IMG/VR virus record: IMGVR_UViG_3300047089_000244
Span: 96,001 to 160,000 of that record
From: a virus
Direction: 5' to 3' (one strand)
DNA length: 64,000 nucleotides
In this document: positions 10,441-21,625 of the stretch, piece by piece
How positions within the stretch are numbered: the stretch's first letter is position 1
How the letters are laid out: the number at the start of each line of letters is the position of its first letter
The notes under the pieces: model-generated
Seen by the model: only the letters and a program-made list of their open reading frames with translations
Told to the model about the DNA's origin: nothing
Database searches by the model: none
Position numbers and translations under genes: made by a program

Positions 10441-11514
10441 CTATGTCTTTATAATCCCAGTGCCCACCAAAAATGGAGGCATGTTTGGATGGGCTTCGCC
10501 GCCACCTGTAGCATTTGTCGTTCCGCTATTAGTCAAGATCGCGCCAGCCATCACACCACCTAGTGTACCGCTCACACTACAAGCGGGTACTCCATTGACA
10601 CTTCCGGTCGCATTATTGACTCCAGCATTCCCCCAAAGAACCTCCACTTCTCCTGATGGGTCTCTTGTGAGATAGCGTGGGGCAGATTCGGCCGAAAGAG
10701 CGTGCGTCATGTAAGACCAACCACCACGATTTTCTGGTGGTTGATGAGTGTGATCTGCGATGACACCTTTAAGTTCGCCGCTGACGGTACCTGAGACGCT
10801 CGCTGAGCCCCCTACAGGCGTCTGCGTGTGCGTATGAGCTTCGGTCTGTCCTGTAGTAAGTTTGATCGTCTCAGCGCCTTCTTTTGCACCAACAGAGCGC
10901 ACGGTCAAACCAGGACCGGCACCTGCTCCTACAGTCACACGACCGCGTGTGTCAGGCACATTGAAATTCGCCCCTTCACCGCCATATTTGTAGCCAATGA
11001 CTTTGAACAGACGATTATATTCCGCAGTCGGATAGCTTTTGCCATCTCGCAGGAGATATCCAGCCGGAGCTACATCACCTCCGAAATCAAGAAAAGCCCC
11101 GGTGGGCACCAGAGATTCAAGAACTGATTGGGTGTCATTGAAATTTTCGTCTTTGCGCAGGTCCTTTCGATAAATGACCCCTTCCCCGACACGAGGGTTT
11201 TCAATGCCTCTTCCTGATAGTGTATCCCAGTTGTAAACGGTGGCTGCAATGAAGGGTTTGCCGCCCGTGACTGTGATCGTATATGCGCCTTCTTCTACCC
11301 AACCATTGATCTTGCCATTAGAGTCGGTAGTCGGGACAATAGCTCCCGCTTCTTTCTCAGTACCATAGACAGTAACCGCAGATTCACTCGTGCGGCTTTT
11401 GATTGTGACTGTCGCGCCTACAACAGGGCGTGAAGCGAATTTACCCGAACTTTCAGGGTTTTCTTCGAGTGTATCGACAACAAAAGGGATTTGCACTCGG
11501 TTAGCTGGCATCAT
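10441..11514 (-). CDS. tail-collar domain fibre/structural protein
   Basis: VPTGAFLDFGGDVAPAGYLLRDG..YNRLFKVIGYKYG..FNVPDTRGR; HPNMPPFL C-terminus. Confidence 0.85.
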   Translation of the reverse strand: MMPANRVQIPFVVDTLEENPESSGKFASRPVVGATVTIKSRTSESAVTVYGTEKEAGAIVPTTDSNGKINGWVEEGAYTITVTGGKPFIAATVYNWDTLSGRGIENPRVGEGVIYRKDLRKDENFNDTQSVLESLVPTGAFLDFGGDVAPAGYLLRDGKSYPTAEYNRLFKVIGYKYGGEGANFNVPDTRGRVTVGAGAGPGLTVRSVGAKEGAETIKLTTGQTEAHTHTQTPVGGSASVSGTVSGELKGVIADHTHQPPENRGGWSYMTHALSAESAPRYLTRDPSGEVEVLWGNAGVNNATGSVNGVPACSVSGTLGGVMAGAILTNSGTTNATGGGEAHPNMPPFLVGTGIIKT

Positions 11515-11548
11515 CTATTACTTCAACGGACGACACTGATTTTCTTAT

Positions 11549-12037
11549 TTACGGCAGATGCACCACAATCTTTTCAATTAGCTTACCCGCCGGACCTTCT
11601 GGACCGAGCGGTCCTTGAGGTCCGATACCACCACGTAATCCCGGTGGTCCAGGAATCCCCGCTGGACCCCGTGGTCCAGGAATACCTACCCCTACGCCGC
11701 TCGGCCCACGAGGACCTGGTGCTCCTGTAGCTCCAGGAGGCCCAGAAACGCCCCGTGCGCCCCTGATTGATTGTCCTGCGGGTCCTCGCGCACCTTGAAA
11801 TCCTTGAGGTCCCTGAGGCCCTCGTGGACCGCGTATCCCGACAATCGTTACATGATTGGTCTTGTTATGAATGATCGGCTGGACGACCTTTGTGATCTTT
11901 TCAACATGCTCAATGCGAGTCTGAAGATTGTGACGTGCAGATATATCGCCTTCTAGCTTAGCAAAGGTGAGGCCAGCAATCAATGTTAGAATGGCGATGC
12001 TTGCCACGATGAATTGACGAAAACGTTTCTCGGTCAT
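11549..12037 (-). CDS. membrane-anchored collagen-like protein
   Basis: N-terminal TM followed by G-X-Y repeats. Confidence 0.8.
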   Translation of the reverse strand: MTEKRFRQFIVASIAILTLIAGLTFAKLEGDISARHNLQTRIEHVEKITKVVQPIIHNKTNHVTIVGIRGPRGPQGPQGFQGARGPAGQSIRGARGVSGPPGATGAPGPRGPSGVGVGIPGPRGPAGIPGPPGLRGGIGPQGPLGPEGPAGKLIEKIVVHLP

Positions 12038-12213
12038 AATTCCACAAGGTTCTGATCTCCGTTAGCTAGAGCATATCGAAGAGCATCATGAATCCGGCGA
12101 TCTTGCTCACTAGCTGTAAGTGCTGCTACTTCAAGCAAACGATACCAATCCTCCATATGCAAAGATACAGTCCTAATACTATGCCCGTTGCTGTACTGGA
12201 TAATTGTCATTGC

Positions 12214-12522
12214 TTACCCACATGAGTCGCGTTGTACTTTTTCGAGTTGCCGAAGATTAAATTTTTCATGCAAAGTGCCCTCATGAATGAGCTTTATTAG
12301 CTCCTTGTGTGACAAACCAGGGAAGCTGATTTTGGCGATTATCTTTTGCGCCTCGGGGCTAGCAGCACGCGCTACGCTTTCTCGATTGATCGCAGCGATC
12401 ACCTTGATGTTGGAACAGGTGTTAGATTGCCCCGATTTGATTTCAGCAAATCCCCATCCTACGATGAGGGAGAAAACTACCACACCGATTACGAAGAAAT
12501 AGCGAAATCCCCTATTGGTCAT
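12214..12522 (-). CDS. membrane protein with a Cys pair (spanin/lysis-like possible)
   Basis: N-terminal TM from MTNRGFRYFF; GGAG RBS. Confidence 0.55.
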   Translation of the reverse strand: MTNRGFRYFFVIGVVVFSLIVGWGFAEIKSGQSNTCSNIKVIAAINRESVARAASPEAQKIIAKISFPGLSHKELIKLIHEGTLHEKFNLRQLEKVQRDSCG

Positions 12523-12592
12523 GAGTCTCCCTAATGAATAGCGAGGACGAGATAGGTGAAAACAGTGCCAAATGTACAACCCATTGCAAGCC

Positions 12593-12883
12593 CTATTGTA
12601 TGGGTCCAGTTTTGGACGAATCGGTCGTATTTGTTCTTGAATCGTCGGAGGAATCTTGGTCCGGAAGGGGGACGCCAAGCATTCCCAGGATCAACCTTAC
12701 GAACGGATTCGTGCCATCCTTCTTGTCCCCCCGCATGAACGGGACGCTGAAGATTAGGAAAAGCCCCAGGAAGATCAAAATGGGCTGGGCCGACACTACT
12801 AGAAACGCTTGCCACACCAAGATCCCTACGCCGAGTGCTAGCAAGAGCCCGTCCCTGAAGATCGCTGTTATTCTTTGTTTCAT
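12593..12883 (-). CDS. small multi-TM membrane protein
   Basis: 2-3 hydrophobic helices. Confidence 0.6.
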   Translation of the reverse strand: MKQRITAIFRDGLLLALGVGILVWQAFLVVSAQPILIFLGLFLIFSVPFMRGDKKDGTNPFVRLILGMLGVPLPDQDSSDDSRTNTTDSSKTGPIQ

Positions 12884-12956
12884 TCATTGTTCAAAGAAGA
12901 CAGGAGGGACACCATTTCATGTATTATCCCAACGTACCACCTTTTTTTGAAGTTCT

Positions 12957-13580
12957 CTAGTGGATGATCACGGGTGTTCCAGCTTCCAAATGCCACGCGA
13001 GCCATGTAATCGCAGCATTTTCAAAGCGAATACAGCCATGAGAAGAAGCTGTTCCAATAGGTTCCGGTAGTCCTTCGCGACCATGTAAAGCAACCTGACC
13101 AGGACCTCCATCAAATTCAGTCAACACATTCGAGTAAGCCGAGGTAGCGAGCGCATAAGGTCCGGTCACTTCGCCGCGCTCAGACATGATCTCGGTTACG
13201 AAGAAATTTCCAGTGGGAGTAGGCAAACGCGGTCTTCCTACCACCACACGGTATGAGCGCAAAAGCTTGCCGCGCAAAAAAATGTGCGCCTTTCTTTGCG
13301 TTCGATTGATATAGACGGCCCATGGAGTAGTGCTAAGAGTAGTGCTAATGGCGCTAATCCATCCGGTCGCTCCATCGGGCCTGTAAGGCAGTCTAACGCG
13401 ATACCAGCCATCTCGAATCGAGATGATAGGCAGCACGGTCGGCTCGCCTGTAGCTGGCTCTGTAGACCGCACAGCACTCACGAGACGCCCACCGGGACTT
13501 GCATGAACCGGAGTGGTTCGATGCAAGCCCACAGTGGGAGTACTCGCAATAACGCTCGAAATGATGAGCGCTTTGATCAC
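12957..13580 (-). CDS. L,D-transpeptidase (YkuD family), secreted
   Basis: W.RVRLP.RP.G..GWI; PTPTG.F; VALHG ... SSHGCIRF catalytic His/Cys. Confidence 0.9.
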   Translation of the reverse strand: MIKALIISSVIASTPTVGLHRTTPVHASPGGRLVSAVRSTEPATGEPTVLPIISIRDGWYRVRLPYRPDGATGWISAISTTLSTTPWAVYINRTQRKAHIFLRGKLLRSYRVVVGRPRLPTPTGNFFVTEIMSERGEVTGPYALATSAYSNVLTEFDGGPGQVALHGREGLPEPIGTASSHGCIRFENAAITWLAWHLEAGTPVIIH

Positions 13581-13584
13581 TTGA

Positions 13585-14655
13585 CTAGCCGGTTACGGCT
13601 GCTTTGTGATGGACTACATGATGGTGCTTCTTGTGCTTCACAGGTGCCTTGCCTTTGTACGGCGCAGCAGTCTGCACGATTGGTCCCTGCGGACCTACCG
13701 CTCCTGCTACTCCAGCCACTCCAGCTACGCCTGCGACTCCGGTTGTTCCGGGGTTACCTACGGGACCTTGAGGTCCTACGGGTCCTACGGAACCTTCAGG
13801 ACCAGCGGGACCAGTGGGACCCGTCGCTCCAGTTGCGCCAGTGGGACCAACGCAAGTCGGGACGACGAACTGCTCATCGAACTGCGGAACTGGCAGCCCG
13901 AGACAGTCATAGCCGACACCGTTTGTGCCGTTGGTTCCATTGGTGCCATCGGTACCATTCGTACCGGAAGCCCCTTCGGCTCCAGTCGCACCTGTGTCGC
14001 CCTTAGCGCCTTCTTTTCCTTCAGCGCCAGGTTCGCCATTCAGGCCATTGACGCCTTCTTTGCCTTCTTTGCCTTCGGCACCAGTCGCGCCGGTCGCTCC
14101 AGTTTCACCTGTGCATTTCGGCTGTTCCTCGAAGAAGAACGAGGGGAGGCCGGTGCAGTTAAACCCAATACCTTCGGGTCCAGATTCACCTTTGGTTCCT
14201 GCGGGACCTTCAGGTCCAGTCGGACCTGCGGGACCTTCGGGACCCGTCGCCCCTGTGTCTCCTGCGGGGCCTTCCTTACCTGCGGGGCCTTCTGATCCTG
14301 TAGCTCCAGTTTCGCCTGAGTCACCCTTGGGTCCCTGCGGACCTTCGGTACCAGGGTCGCCCTTGGGACCTTGAGGTCCTTCTGGTGCAGGAGCACAAGC
14401 GGGCTCAACCCACTTGACAGCACCATGGCTGTTGTCGCCATGGCCCTCTCGGTACAGCACGATCCCGACCGCTGCTTCGCCCTTGCCACAGAGATTTTCG
14501 AACTTCTGATCTCCAGGGTTCAGGTGGTCAGGTTTTTCATTGATTTCTTGTTCCGTGACTTCGGCACCAGGGGTGTCGGTTACGGTGGCCATCGCAGGAC
14601 TAGCGCTGAACGCCAATGCTCCGATAGCCATGAATCCTACGATGTACTTCTTCAT
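13585..14655 (-). CDS. secreted collagen-like protein with His/Lys-rich tail
   Basis: Signal peptide ending AMA; long G-X-Y tracts; KHKKHHHVVHHK tail. Confidence 0.85.
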   Translation of the reverse strand: MKKYIVGFMAIGALAFSASPAMATVTDTPGAEVTEQEINEKPDHLNPGDQKFENLCGKGEAAVGIVLYREGHGDNSHGAVKWVEPACAPAPEGPQGPKGDPGTEGPQGPKGDSGETGATGSEGPAGKEGPAGDTGATGPEGPAGPTGPEGPAGTKGESGPEGIGFNCTGLPSFFFEEQPKCTGETGATGATGAEGKEGKEGVNGLNGEPGAEGKEGAKGDTGATGAEGASGTNGTDGTNGTNGTNGVGYDCLGLPVPQFDEQFVVPTCVGPTGATGATGPTGPAGPEGSVGPVGPQGPVGNPGTTGVAGVAGVAGVAGAVGPQGPIVQTAAPYKGKAPVKHKKHHHVVHHKAAVTG

Positions 14656-14800
14656 GCCAACCTTTCGGTTTGGGATTAGAATGTACTACTTTCCAGCCAA
14701 TATAGCTGACATTGGCAAGCTTGTCAAGGATGCTGTAGGCGATGCCACCAGCAAAGCACGAGAGCATCAATCAGAAGCCAAATAGCTATGCCATCCAGGA

Positions 14801-16110
14801 TCATGATTCCTCCTCCGGCTCGTAGAATTCGAGAAGGATTGCCTCGCCATCGTCTACGATCTCAGTGTGGACCTTGAGGCCATAGCTTTTGGCCGTGCGG
14901 TGCGCACCGACCCTGAAAGACTTAGGTTGGCCATTAAAGTCCTCGCCTTTGAAAAGCTTATGGATCTCGCCGTCCATCCACGTCTCCCATGGATAGATGG
15001 GAGGTCGGCCTTGACGACCTGCAAAGCTGTCTACGACTTCGCTCATCGTTTCCCTTTCCCCACGAGCAAATGAATACGATCAGCTTGACTCAGACCCTCG
15101 GGAGCAGGAACATGGTGCTGGTCAAGGGCAGCCTGAACATCCTGCATTGCATACGCGCTATCGTTTCTTAACGTATGAAGAAGACGGATCAAGTTTGTGC
15201 CACTAATCTGAAACTCTGCGGGCCATCCGATGTTCAGTTCGTTCGATCCATACCAGATCGCTCCCTCATAAAACTTCTCCTTCATGAGATCCATCGATAG
15301 TTCCTCGCCCTCATGTACAATCGTTGTGTTTCTCTCGCTCATGAGGTGTATGGCTCCTTTAACTTTTGCTTGATGTCATTCCAAACATGCCCCGCGTAGG
15401 TCTTGATCGCGCTCTCCAGTATCAATGCCCGGTTTTGCCATGAGTCAAGAAGCTGAGCCGCTATCTGAAGGTTCTCTTCGAAAATCCCACGCTCTTTTCC
15501 ATGCTCTTGTTCAGTTTCAAGCAAAACGCCCATCATATCTTCGAAGAGAGACTCCCACTTGTCCGATCTGGCCTCTGCTCGTTCAAGCTTGACTTCGAGC
15601 ATCTCGCGCGTGGCTAGTGCATCGATGGATACATAGTTGAGATTGGCCTCAACCTCCATGCGTGCTTGCTCATCGGGCCGTACGGGACGTGGCGACGCGC
15701 ACCAGCACTGTGGATCGTTACATGGCATCCGGGTGATTGGGTCAGATTCAGGCACGGGGACCTACACAGAAGGGGCAGCTAGGGTCGTCACACTCGGGAA
15801 TGCCTTTCCGGTCAAAGTAAGAACGCAGACCAGGCATATCATCCAAGCTCGGTGGTTCGTGCCAAGACTCGCTGATCCAAGCTGCGCCCGTAGTAGCCTC
15901 ATCGAAGTAAGGATCATCATCGATATTGACGCTCGGTTGCTGCACCGGACGAATAGGGAAGAGATCAAGCACGCGCGGATCATCATCGAGCACGAGATCC
16001 ACGATCTCCTCCCACCAAGGATGATTGGAGTCCGCCTCGTAAGGTACACCGTCGAAGAGAACGAGGATGCTCTTGGTGCCGATGTCGGGATGAGTGAGTG
16101 TGAATTCCAT
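14801..16110 (-). CDS. four hypothetical ORFs (14801-15046, 15043-15342, 15339-15755, 15748-16110)
   Basis: Coupled ORFs; the first has a YPW..W.DG motif; promoter near 16120. Confidence 0.6.
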
Positions 16111-16129
16111 AGCTGCACAGTGTAGCAGA

Positions 16130-16816
16130 TTATCGCTCGGTATCTCGCACACTCCGGAGAAACTGTGCGCGCACGCTCTCCTGGCGGCCTGTTCCATCCC
16201 ACTTCACGATGTATAGCGCGGGCTGAACCTCAACGATCTCTCCAATGTTGCCGCCGCCGTACCATTCGACACGATCGTTGACACCCATTTTCGGTGGGTC
16301 GTCCGGTCGCTTGCGCTCATAAGGACCCTCTCCCCATACCATCTCCTCCTCTGGTCGCTCGGTGTCCTCACCGATACTCTTCACGGCCTCAACCAGCTTC
16401 TCCATCTGCGGATCGCGCCGCTCCGGCAACGCTTCGTGACCATGTAGCGGGCACTCACGATTGACCATGCTGCGATCCCAGCCGATCATCCCCTCGGGCG
16501 GGTGCTGGCAAGTACATGTCTCGTCTGTCTGTCGCTCGGTGTCCTCACGGGCGACGAGGCGGCGGTTGATCGTGACAGTTCCACAGATTGCACACTTAGC
16601 GCGGCCCAAATCTGAATCCGGTGCAACCGCGAACTCGTGTCCCTGTGCGCAAATAAAGAACGCCCAATCTCCCTGTGGCTTCTCACTGGCAGTGAGAGCG
16701 GCCATATAGCCAGCTTCGAAGGGGGATCTGCTCGTCCCGAGAACAGGTAAATCTTTTCTGGCAATAATGAACGCAGCCTCCATAGCCTCGCGCTCTTGAC
16801 CGTCGAGATCAGTCAT
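16130..16816 (-). CDS. modular protein with EDTER repeats
   Basis: REDTER, GEDTER and RDTER separate short Zn-ribbon/SH3-like segments. Confidence 0.7.
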   Translation of the reverse strand: MTDLDGQEREAMEAAFIIARKDLPVLGTSRSPFEAGYMAALTASEKPQGDWAFFICAQGHEFAVAPDSDLGRAKCAICGTVTINRRLVAREDTERQTDETCTCQHPPEGMIGWDRSMVNRECPLHGHEALPERRDPQMEKLVEAVKSIGEDTERPEEEMVWGEGPYERKRPDDPPKMGVNDRVEWYGGGNIGEIVEVQPALYIVKWDGTGRQESVRAQFLRSVRDTER

Positions 16817-17782
16817 GGTCGCTGCTTCCTAATACGCAGGCCAGAATGCACATGGCAAATAGAAAGCATGTAAAACCAATTGATATAGCAGCTATATCAC
16901 TCATCGCTCGGTGTCCTCACAGGCAGCGGCTAACTTGTCAAAAGCGTCTGCTATCGCCGCCTCAAAACGATAAGTGCTGCTAACAGGATTCCAGCCCGTT
17001 AGCTCTCCGATCAGCTTCTCATGCGGTCGCATACGCTCCCAGAACCACTTCATCCGGGCATGGGGTGTCCCGTCGCCAATCGCACCTACCTCCTCGCGAT
17101 CGGCCGTCCCCGGCCAATAGCCCGGCTTCGGTTGCGGCTCTTCACGGGCAGCACGTAGAGCATCCCCCAATTGGGCCATTTTGATCAGAAGGTTATCTGC
17201 GCGCTCCTGTTCGCGTTCAACACGTGCTTCCGATGCCAGGAGTTTGTCCCGCAAATCTACAATGGCGTCGTGCTGGGCTTGCCGCGTCTCGCTCGGCTCG
17301 CCCTTGTCCGGCTCCTGCTCGGTGTCCTGTGCGAACGGCGTTTGACCAACGGCAATAAGCAGAAACTCCTCAGACCACGATGCTTCGGAGATGGGATCGC
17401 CCTCCCATGACAACTTATAACCACCACTCTTACCTGAGCTATAGATAGCTGCGATACGCCGAAACCGGTTCGTATCGAAGTCGAGTGCCTTGTCACCAGG
17501 CTTGGCGTCCTCTTGTCGAACCCACTGGACAATCAAGCCGTCTGGTCGCTCGGTACCCCGCACGACCTTCCTACAGGGCTCCCCGGCCCCCGCACCACAC
17601 GCGTCGCAGTCGCCACCAAGGCCACAGCGTGGGCGCTCCGGGCGCTCGGTGTCCTCACGGGCAGCGAGACGGCCTTCTAGCTTCTCGACCTCCTCCTCCA
17701 ATTGGCCGATTTGTGCGTTGGCTATTCCCTGGCTCTCAATGAGCGACTGCATACGACCGCGTTGCTCCTCACGAGCAGCGAG
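16133..17782 (-). repeat. about 9 dispersed degenerate copies of a ~20-nt in-frame repeat (+ strand cgctcggtgtcctcacgggc)
   Basis: Copies near 16135, 16357, 16533, 16905, 17140, 17318, 17548, 17643 and 17765. Confidence 0.8.
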
Positions 17783-17917
17783 AGTGGCCTTAGCTATTTG
17801 CTTCGGCTGATCGCCGGGTGTTGGACGTGCTCGATCGTATAACGCAACGATATTTTCTAATGCCTCCCACGGCCCCAGTGCCTCGCGCTCTTGATTGTTG
17901 AAATCAGACATCAGCAA
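16901..17917 (-). CDS. modular protein with AAREDTER repeats (paralog of 16130..16816)
   Basis: Similar N-terminus (D...QEREA); six repeat variants. Confidence 0.7.
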   Translation of the reverse strand: MLMSDFNNQEREALGPWEALENIVALYDRARPTPGDQPKQIAKATLAAREEQRGRMQSLIESQGIANAQIGQLEEEVEKLEGRLAAREDTERPERPRCGLGGDCDACGAGAGEPCRKVVRGTERPDGLIVQWVRQEDAKPGDKALDFDTNRFRRIAAIYSSGKSGGYKLSWEGDPISEASWSEEFLLIAVGQTPFAQDTEQEPDKGEPSETRQAQHDAIVDLRDKLLASEARVEREQERADNLLIKMAQLGDALRAAREEPQPKPGYWPGTADREEVGAIGDGTPHARMKWFWERMRPHEKLIGELTGWNPVSSTYRFEAAIADAFDKLAAACEDTER

Positions 17918-18848
17918 TCAACCGTAATGTCCAGGTGGATACGATCGCCCTCTTCAGTCAGCGGCGTCACAGTGTAGTGATCCGGGTTGCCGCCTTTTGG
18001 GGTTTGGTACTCGCCCCAACCCATCCAGTTGAAAGCTTTGCGCTTCGCCGCCTCTCGATCGCTCGCATAGGTCAAGACGTGGCTATTATCTTGCTCTACC
18101 ATGAAGAGGATCATAGCGGCCTCCCTGTCGGCGAGACATCTCTTACGCGCACAACAGCCACAACCTCAGTCCCAACATAGGCGTTGTATGCCTGAGGAAG
18201 TTCGCGCATGAGTTCGAGGCGTTTCTCCATCGACATACCATGAAAGAGTCTAGCAAGTAACTGCTCCTTGTGAAACTCGGTGGGTTTAAGGCGATCCATC
18301 GATCTCGGCCTCCTATTCGGTAGGGTCAATCCAGACCCGGTTGTAGTCGCACCAGTCGTACAGGCCATTCTTCACGAGGTCGTAGTACTCATCGTTATCG
18401 ACCTCGGCGAACTCATCAAGGATTTCGACCAGATCCTCATCAAGCTTAGGCTCGCGCAGGTAGGGCGCGAGTTTGCGCCGCAGGATCTTGACCACATGAT
18501 CGCGCATGTGCTCAAAGGTGATCTCCGCGTCGTTGTAGCGATCCTGCAACGTCGCGATGCCCTTGATTACGATCTTCCACTCCGGCATTAGTGTCGTCCC
18601 TCCCCTAACATTGCGTCATAGGTTAGCATTTGCACAGGCTGAGCGATGATGTCGTTTAGCGTTTCCATCCAGTCAGCTTGATCATCCTTGCCGACGACCA
18701 TGCCGATGAGATTGAATGTCTCCATCTGCTCCACGTAGTCTATGCGCATCTCCTGCTGGAGGCGAGCAACGGGCGCGTTGTCCCAATTGATGGGCTGTCC
18801 GCTGACCTCGCGAGCCAGTTTGTAGAGTGGGTGTGTGCGATAGGTCAT
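17911..18848 (-). CDS. four short hypothetical ORFs (17911-18114, 18111-~18300, 18313-18588, 18588-18848)
   Basis: Coupled ORFs. Confidence 0.55.
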
Positions 18849-19091
18849 CGATCCGCCTGCATTTCTGCGATCTCCACATCGAAGGCGGCGATAGCATCGA
18901 TCCTTGGCGTTGCTTCGCTCATCATGAGCGAGGCCAGGGCACGTCGGTTACGGAAGGCGTCAAGCTGCTGATCTGCGTTCGCTATAGCCTCACATAGATC
19001 ATTGTAACTTACAGCACTCATCGCGGTATTCCAATCTGGTCGAGGTCGCGGCTGGTCATAGATGTAGTCTATCAGAAGTCGTTAGCGTATG

Positions 19092-19421
19092 TCAAGCGCC
19101 ACAGCATCTCTTGTGCTTTTTGCCACTACCGCATGCGCACGGATCATTACGCCCTTGCTTGGCTACAGCCTGACGGCGAGGAATGATAAGACTGCGTAGA
19201 TAGATGGGATAGCGAAGCTCGCGCTCACGAAAGTCGATCTCATCACCAAATCCTTCGCACTTCGGGCACCATGTCTGAGCCTCGCCGCCAGAGAAGACCG
19301 GAGAGCCTTCCCAACCGCAGTCTATGGCGCAGCAACGAGCGATGCCATCATTGTGCCGATCCCACTCATCAAGATCAAGCATTCCGCGCTCTTGCTCAAG
19401 CTCCTCAGCGATCATAAACAA
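19092..19421 (-). CDS. SEC-C motif protein
   Basis: GRNDPCACGSGKKHKRCCG. Confidence 0.8.
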   Translation of the reverse strand: MFMIAEELEQERGMLDLDEWDRHNDGIARCCAIDCGWEGSPVFSGGEAQTWCPKCEGFGDEIDFRERELRYPIYLRSLIIPRRQAVAKQGRNDPCACGSGKKHKRCCGA

Positions 19422-19789
19422 ATCCCCCGTCGAGTTTCCCAGCCCTTCTTGGCTCGTCTACTGCGCTCCTCTGCTGAGGCTGAGAAGTTGTCTTGCACGC
19501 GCTTTCGTTGCTCCTCGGGAGTGAGATTGGCCATGCGCGCTCTGACTGCCTTTGTCTTACGTCGGCGACCAAGCTCTTGGTTCGCCTCAAGCTGCTCCTT
19601 GTGCTGAAGGCGAAAATCGCTAGCAGCAACCCCCGCATCATGGACATCATCGAAGTACCCAAGGAAGACATGTTTCCTTTCAATGTTGACTTGGGCGCGC
19701 CATTGACCATAACGCGGATACCAGCTAACGCCGCGATAGCCAGATCGATTTAGACGCGACAAGCGCGTTGAGAGAGCTACGGCTGCCAT
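19412..19789 (-). CDS. AP2-domain DNA-binding protein
   Basis: NRSGYRGVSW..WRAQV..FLGYFDD..A. Confidence 0.8.
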   Translation of the reverse strand: MAAVALSTRLSRLNRSGYRGVSWYPRYGQWRAQVNIERKHVFLGYFDDVHDAGVAASDFRLQHKEQLEANQELGRRRKTKAVRARMANLTPEEQRKRVQDNFSASAEERSRRAKKGWETRRGICL

Positions 19790-19791
19790 GA

Positions 19792-21197
19792 CTAGGCACC
19801 GGCCTTAGTTGCTTTCTGGATCGCAGACTCACCCTGCCGTTTGGTCCAATGCGTCGCCTTCGTTGCATAGGATTGGGCTGACTCCTTGAGGAGATGTTTG
19901 CCTGCGGCCTCACGAGTGGGAAACATCTCCTTTGAAGATTGCCGCCATCCTCCGGCATCACCGTGAGCCTTCCAGAAGCGTTTAGTCACACGCTTGCCCG
20001 TAGCCATATCAATGGAGACATACTCGTGCTTCTCGACTATGCCACAGAAGTTATCATCGCTCTTGTTCTTGAGCACTTGATATCGGTTCCGGCCTATCTC
20101 ACGAAAGTGCATGTTCAACATCTCCCAGGGTCATGTCTATGTACACCTGGCTCAGCCTCGTCAGCTACGCCAAACGTCGATTGCGGCCAATTGCCTCGGG
20201 ATTGCTTACCCCAAGGGACGCGCGCCCATTTGCCGCTCTTTACATCAAGAGCAAGAAGAGGATGCTCCTCATCAATCCGCAATTTTTCAAAGATACGTAA
20301 GCAAACATGAGCCTCCTCTAGGCGGCCCTCTATGTAGCCCGCTTTCCAGCGCTGCTGCCAAGGCATATCGGAGTCGCCGTGAGCCTTGAATTCCTCAGTC
20401 AATAGGTTGATGCGATCTTGAAGCGCCTCTTTGATAGCGATAATCATCGTTCTCTCCCTGTGAGGATATCGCTCGCTCGCCGCCTGAGGGATGGACCTTT
20501 TGGTCCCTCGGTCAATTCGGTACGCTCTTCCTCCGTGAGGCGCTCAATGTCCTTGCGAATGGCTTTGAGCGAGATTGCTGTTTTGGTCTGAAGCTCTTCC
20601 AACATATCGCGCCGCTTGTAGCAGAACTCAATGTGTTCATTACGCCCCTGGCGCGGTAGAGGTATACCCCCACCCTCTGTATCCGGTAGGTTCTCGATCT
20701 CGCGCAGAGCTACTGCGAACTCGTGCATATCCATTATGGACTCACCTGCGTCAGCATCGCCAGTACATGATCAATCTCATCCGCGCGTGCAGCGGGGCAA
20801 GTATTCCCCAACTCGTCCGGGATGGCCTTCTCATAGCGATAATTGAGATAGTATTTTCGCTGACTCAAAAACGAAATCGCTTGTTCAAGCGTAGTCGCCT
20901 CAGCCATCTTATCTGACCATACCCCAATGAAGGTCATGCAATCGCCTCCATATGTATCCATGAAGGCATCTCTCCGAAATCGCGCTCATACTGCTGGCGA
21001 TGCTCAAGAGTCGCCCGAAGCCAGTCCGCAGCATCGTACAAGCCGAAGCGCGTAGCAAGGACATGCAGGTCTCTCAACTGATTGTCCAAGCTCTCTTGCG
21101 ACTGGTTCGCCGCTACACCGCGACTTACGCGATCGGCATCTATTTGCAAGCAGATTCCGCCACCGCTCTCTTTTGAACGATATCGCATGTCATACAC
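19792..21197 (-). CDS. five hypothetical ORFs (19792-20121, 20115-20447, 20444-20734, 20734-20961, 20934-21197)
   Basis: Coupled co-oriented ORFs. Confidence 0.55.
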
Positions 21198-21555
21198 CTT
21201 GGGCGCTTGCAGTTAGGGAATAACGCTTATCCTCACTCTTTTCGGCCACGCCACGCGCAACGAGGGTTTTGAGATCAATGTGGACAGCCGATGAAGCGCG
21301 CCCTAAAGCGAAAGCAATGTCAGTCGCTCTCTGTCCTGGATGGGCAGCCACGTACTCCAAAACTGCTTGTCGCATAGTGGGTGCCCTCAATGTCATTGGC
21401 GTATCGCTAGCGCTCGACAAATGGTTCCTGGCACCAATCAACTTAGAACGCTCGGCTCGCAACGGCGAAAGCTTAGCTTCTAAAGGCTCCATTTCCCTGG
21501 ACAACGTATCGAGCTTCGAGTTGATCTGCTTAATGAGATACGCATGCGACTTCAT
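21190..21555 (-). CDS. coiled-coil plus winged-HTH regulator
   Basis: VLEYVAAHPGQRATDIAFALG..SAVHIDLKTLV..G. Confidence 0.75.
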   Translation of the reverse strand: MKSHAYLIKQINSKLDTLSREMEPLEAKLSPLRAERSKLIGARNHLSSASDTPMTLRAPTMRQAVLEYVAAHPGQRATDIAFALGRASSAVHIDLKTLVARGVAEKSEDKRYSLTASAQGV

Positions 21556-21595
21556 TCTTGTCCTCCAATGCTCGGTAGGGTACTCATGGATCGAT

Positions 21596-21625
21596 AGTGT
21601 AGCCTATCGAGCAACAGAAGTCAAG
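21596..21625 (-). promoter_or_regulatory. sigma70/SigA-type promoter TTGACT-17-TACACT
   Basis: Consensus-like -35 and -10 with 17-nt spacing upstream of the HTH gene. Confidence 0.6.

Noticed and set aside
13284-14489. Long alternative-frame and antisense ORFs over the collagen gene
   Set aside because: These are shadow ORFs caused by G-X-Y codon periodicity.
16133-17782. Repeat series as a CRISPR array
   Set aside because: Spacing is irregular (about 100-370 nt), the repeats are degenerate and in frame within ORFs, and no cas genes are present.
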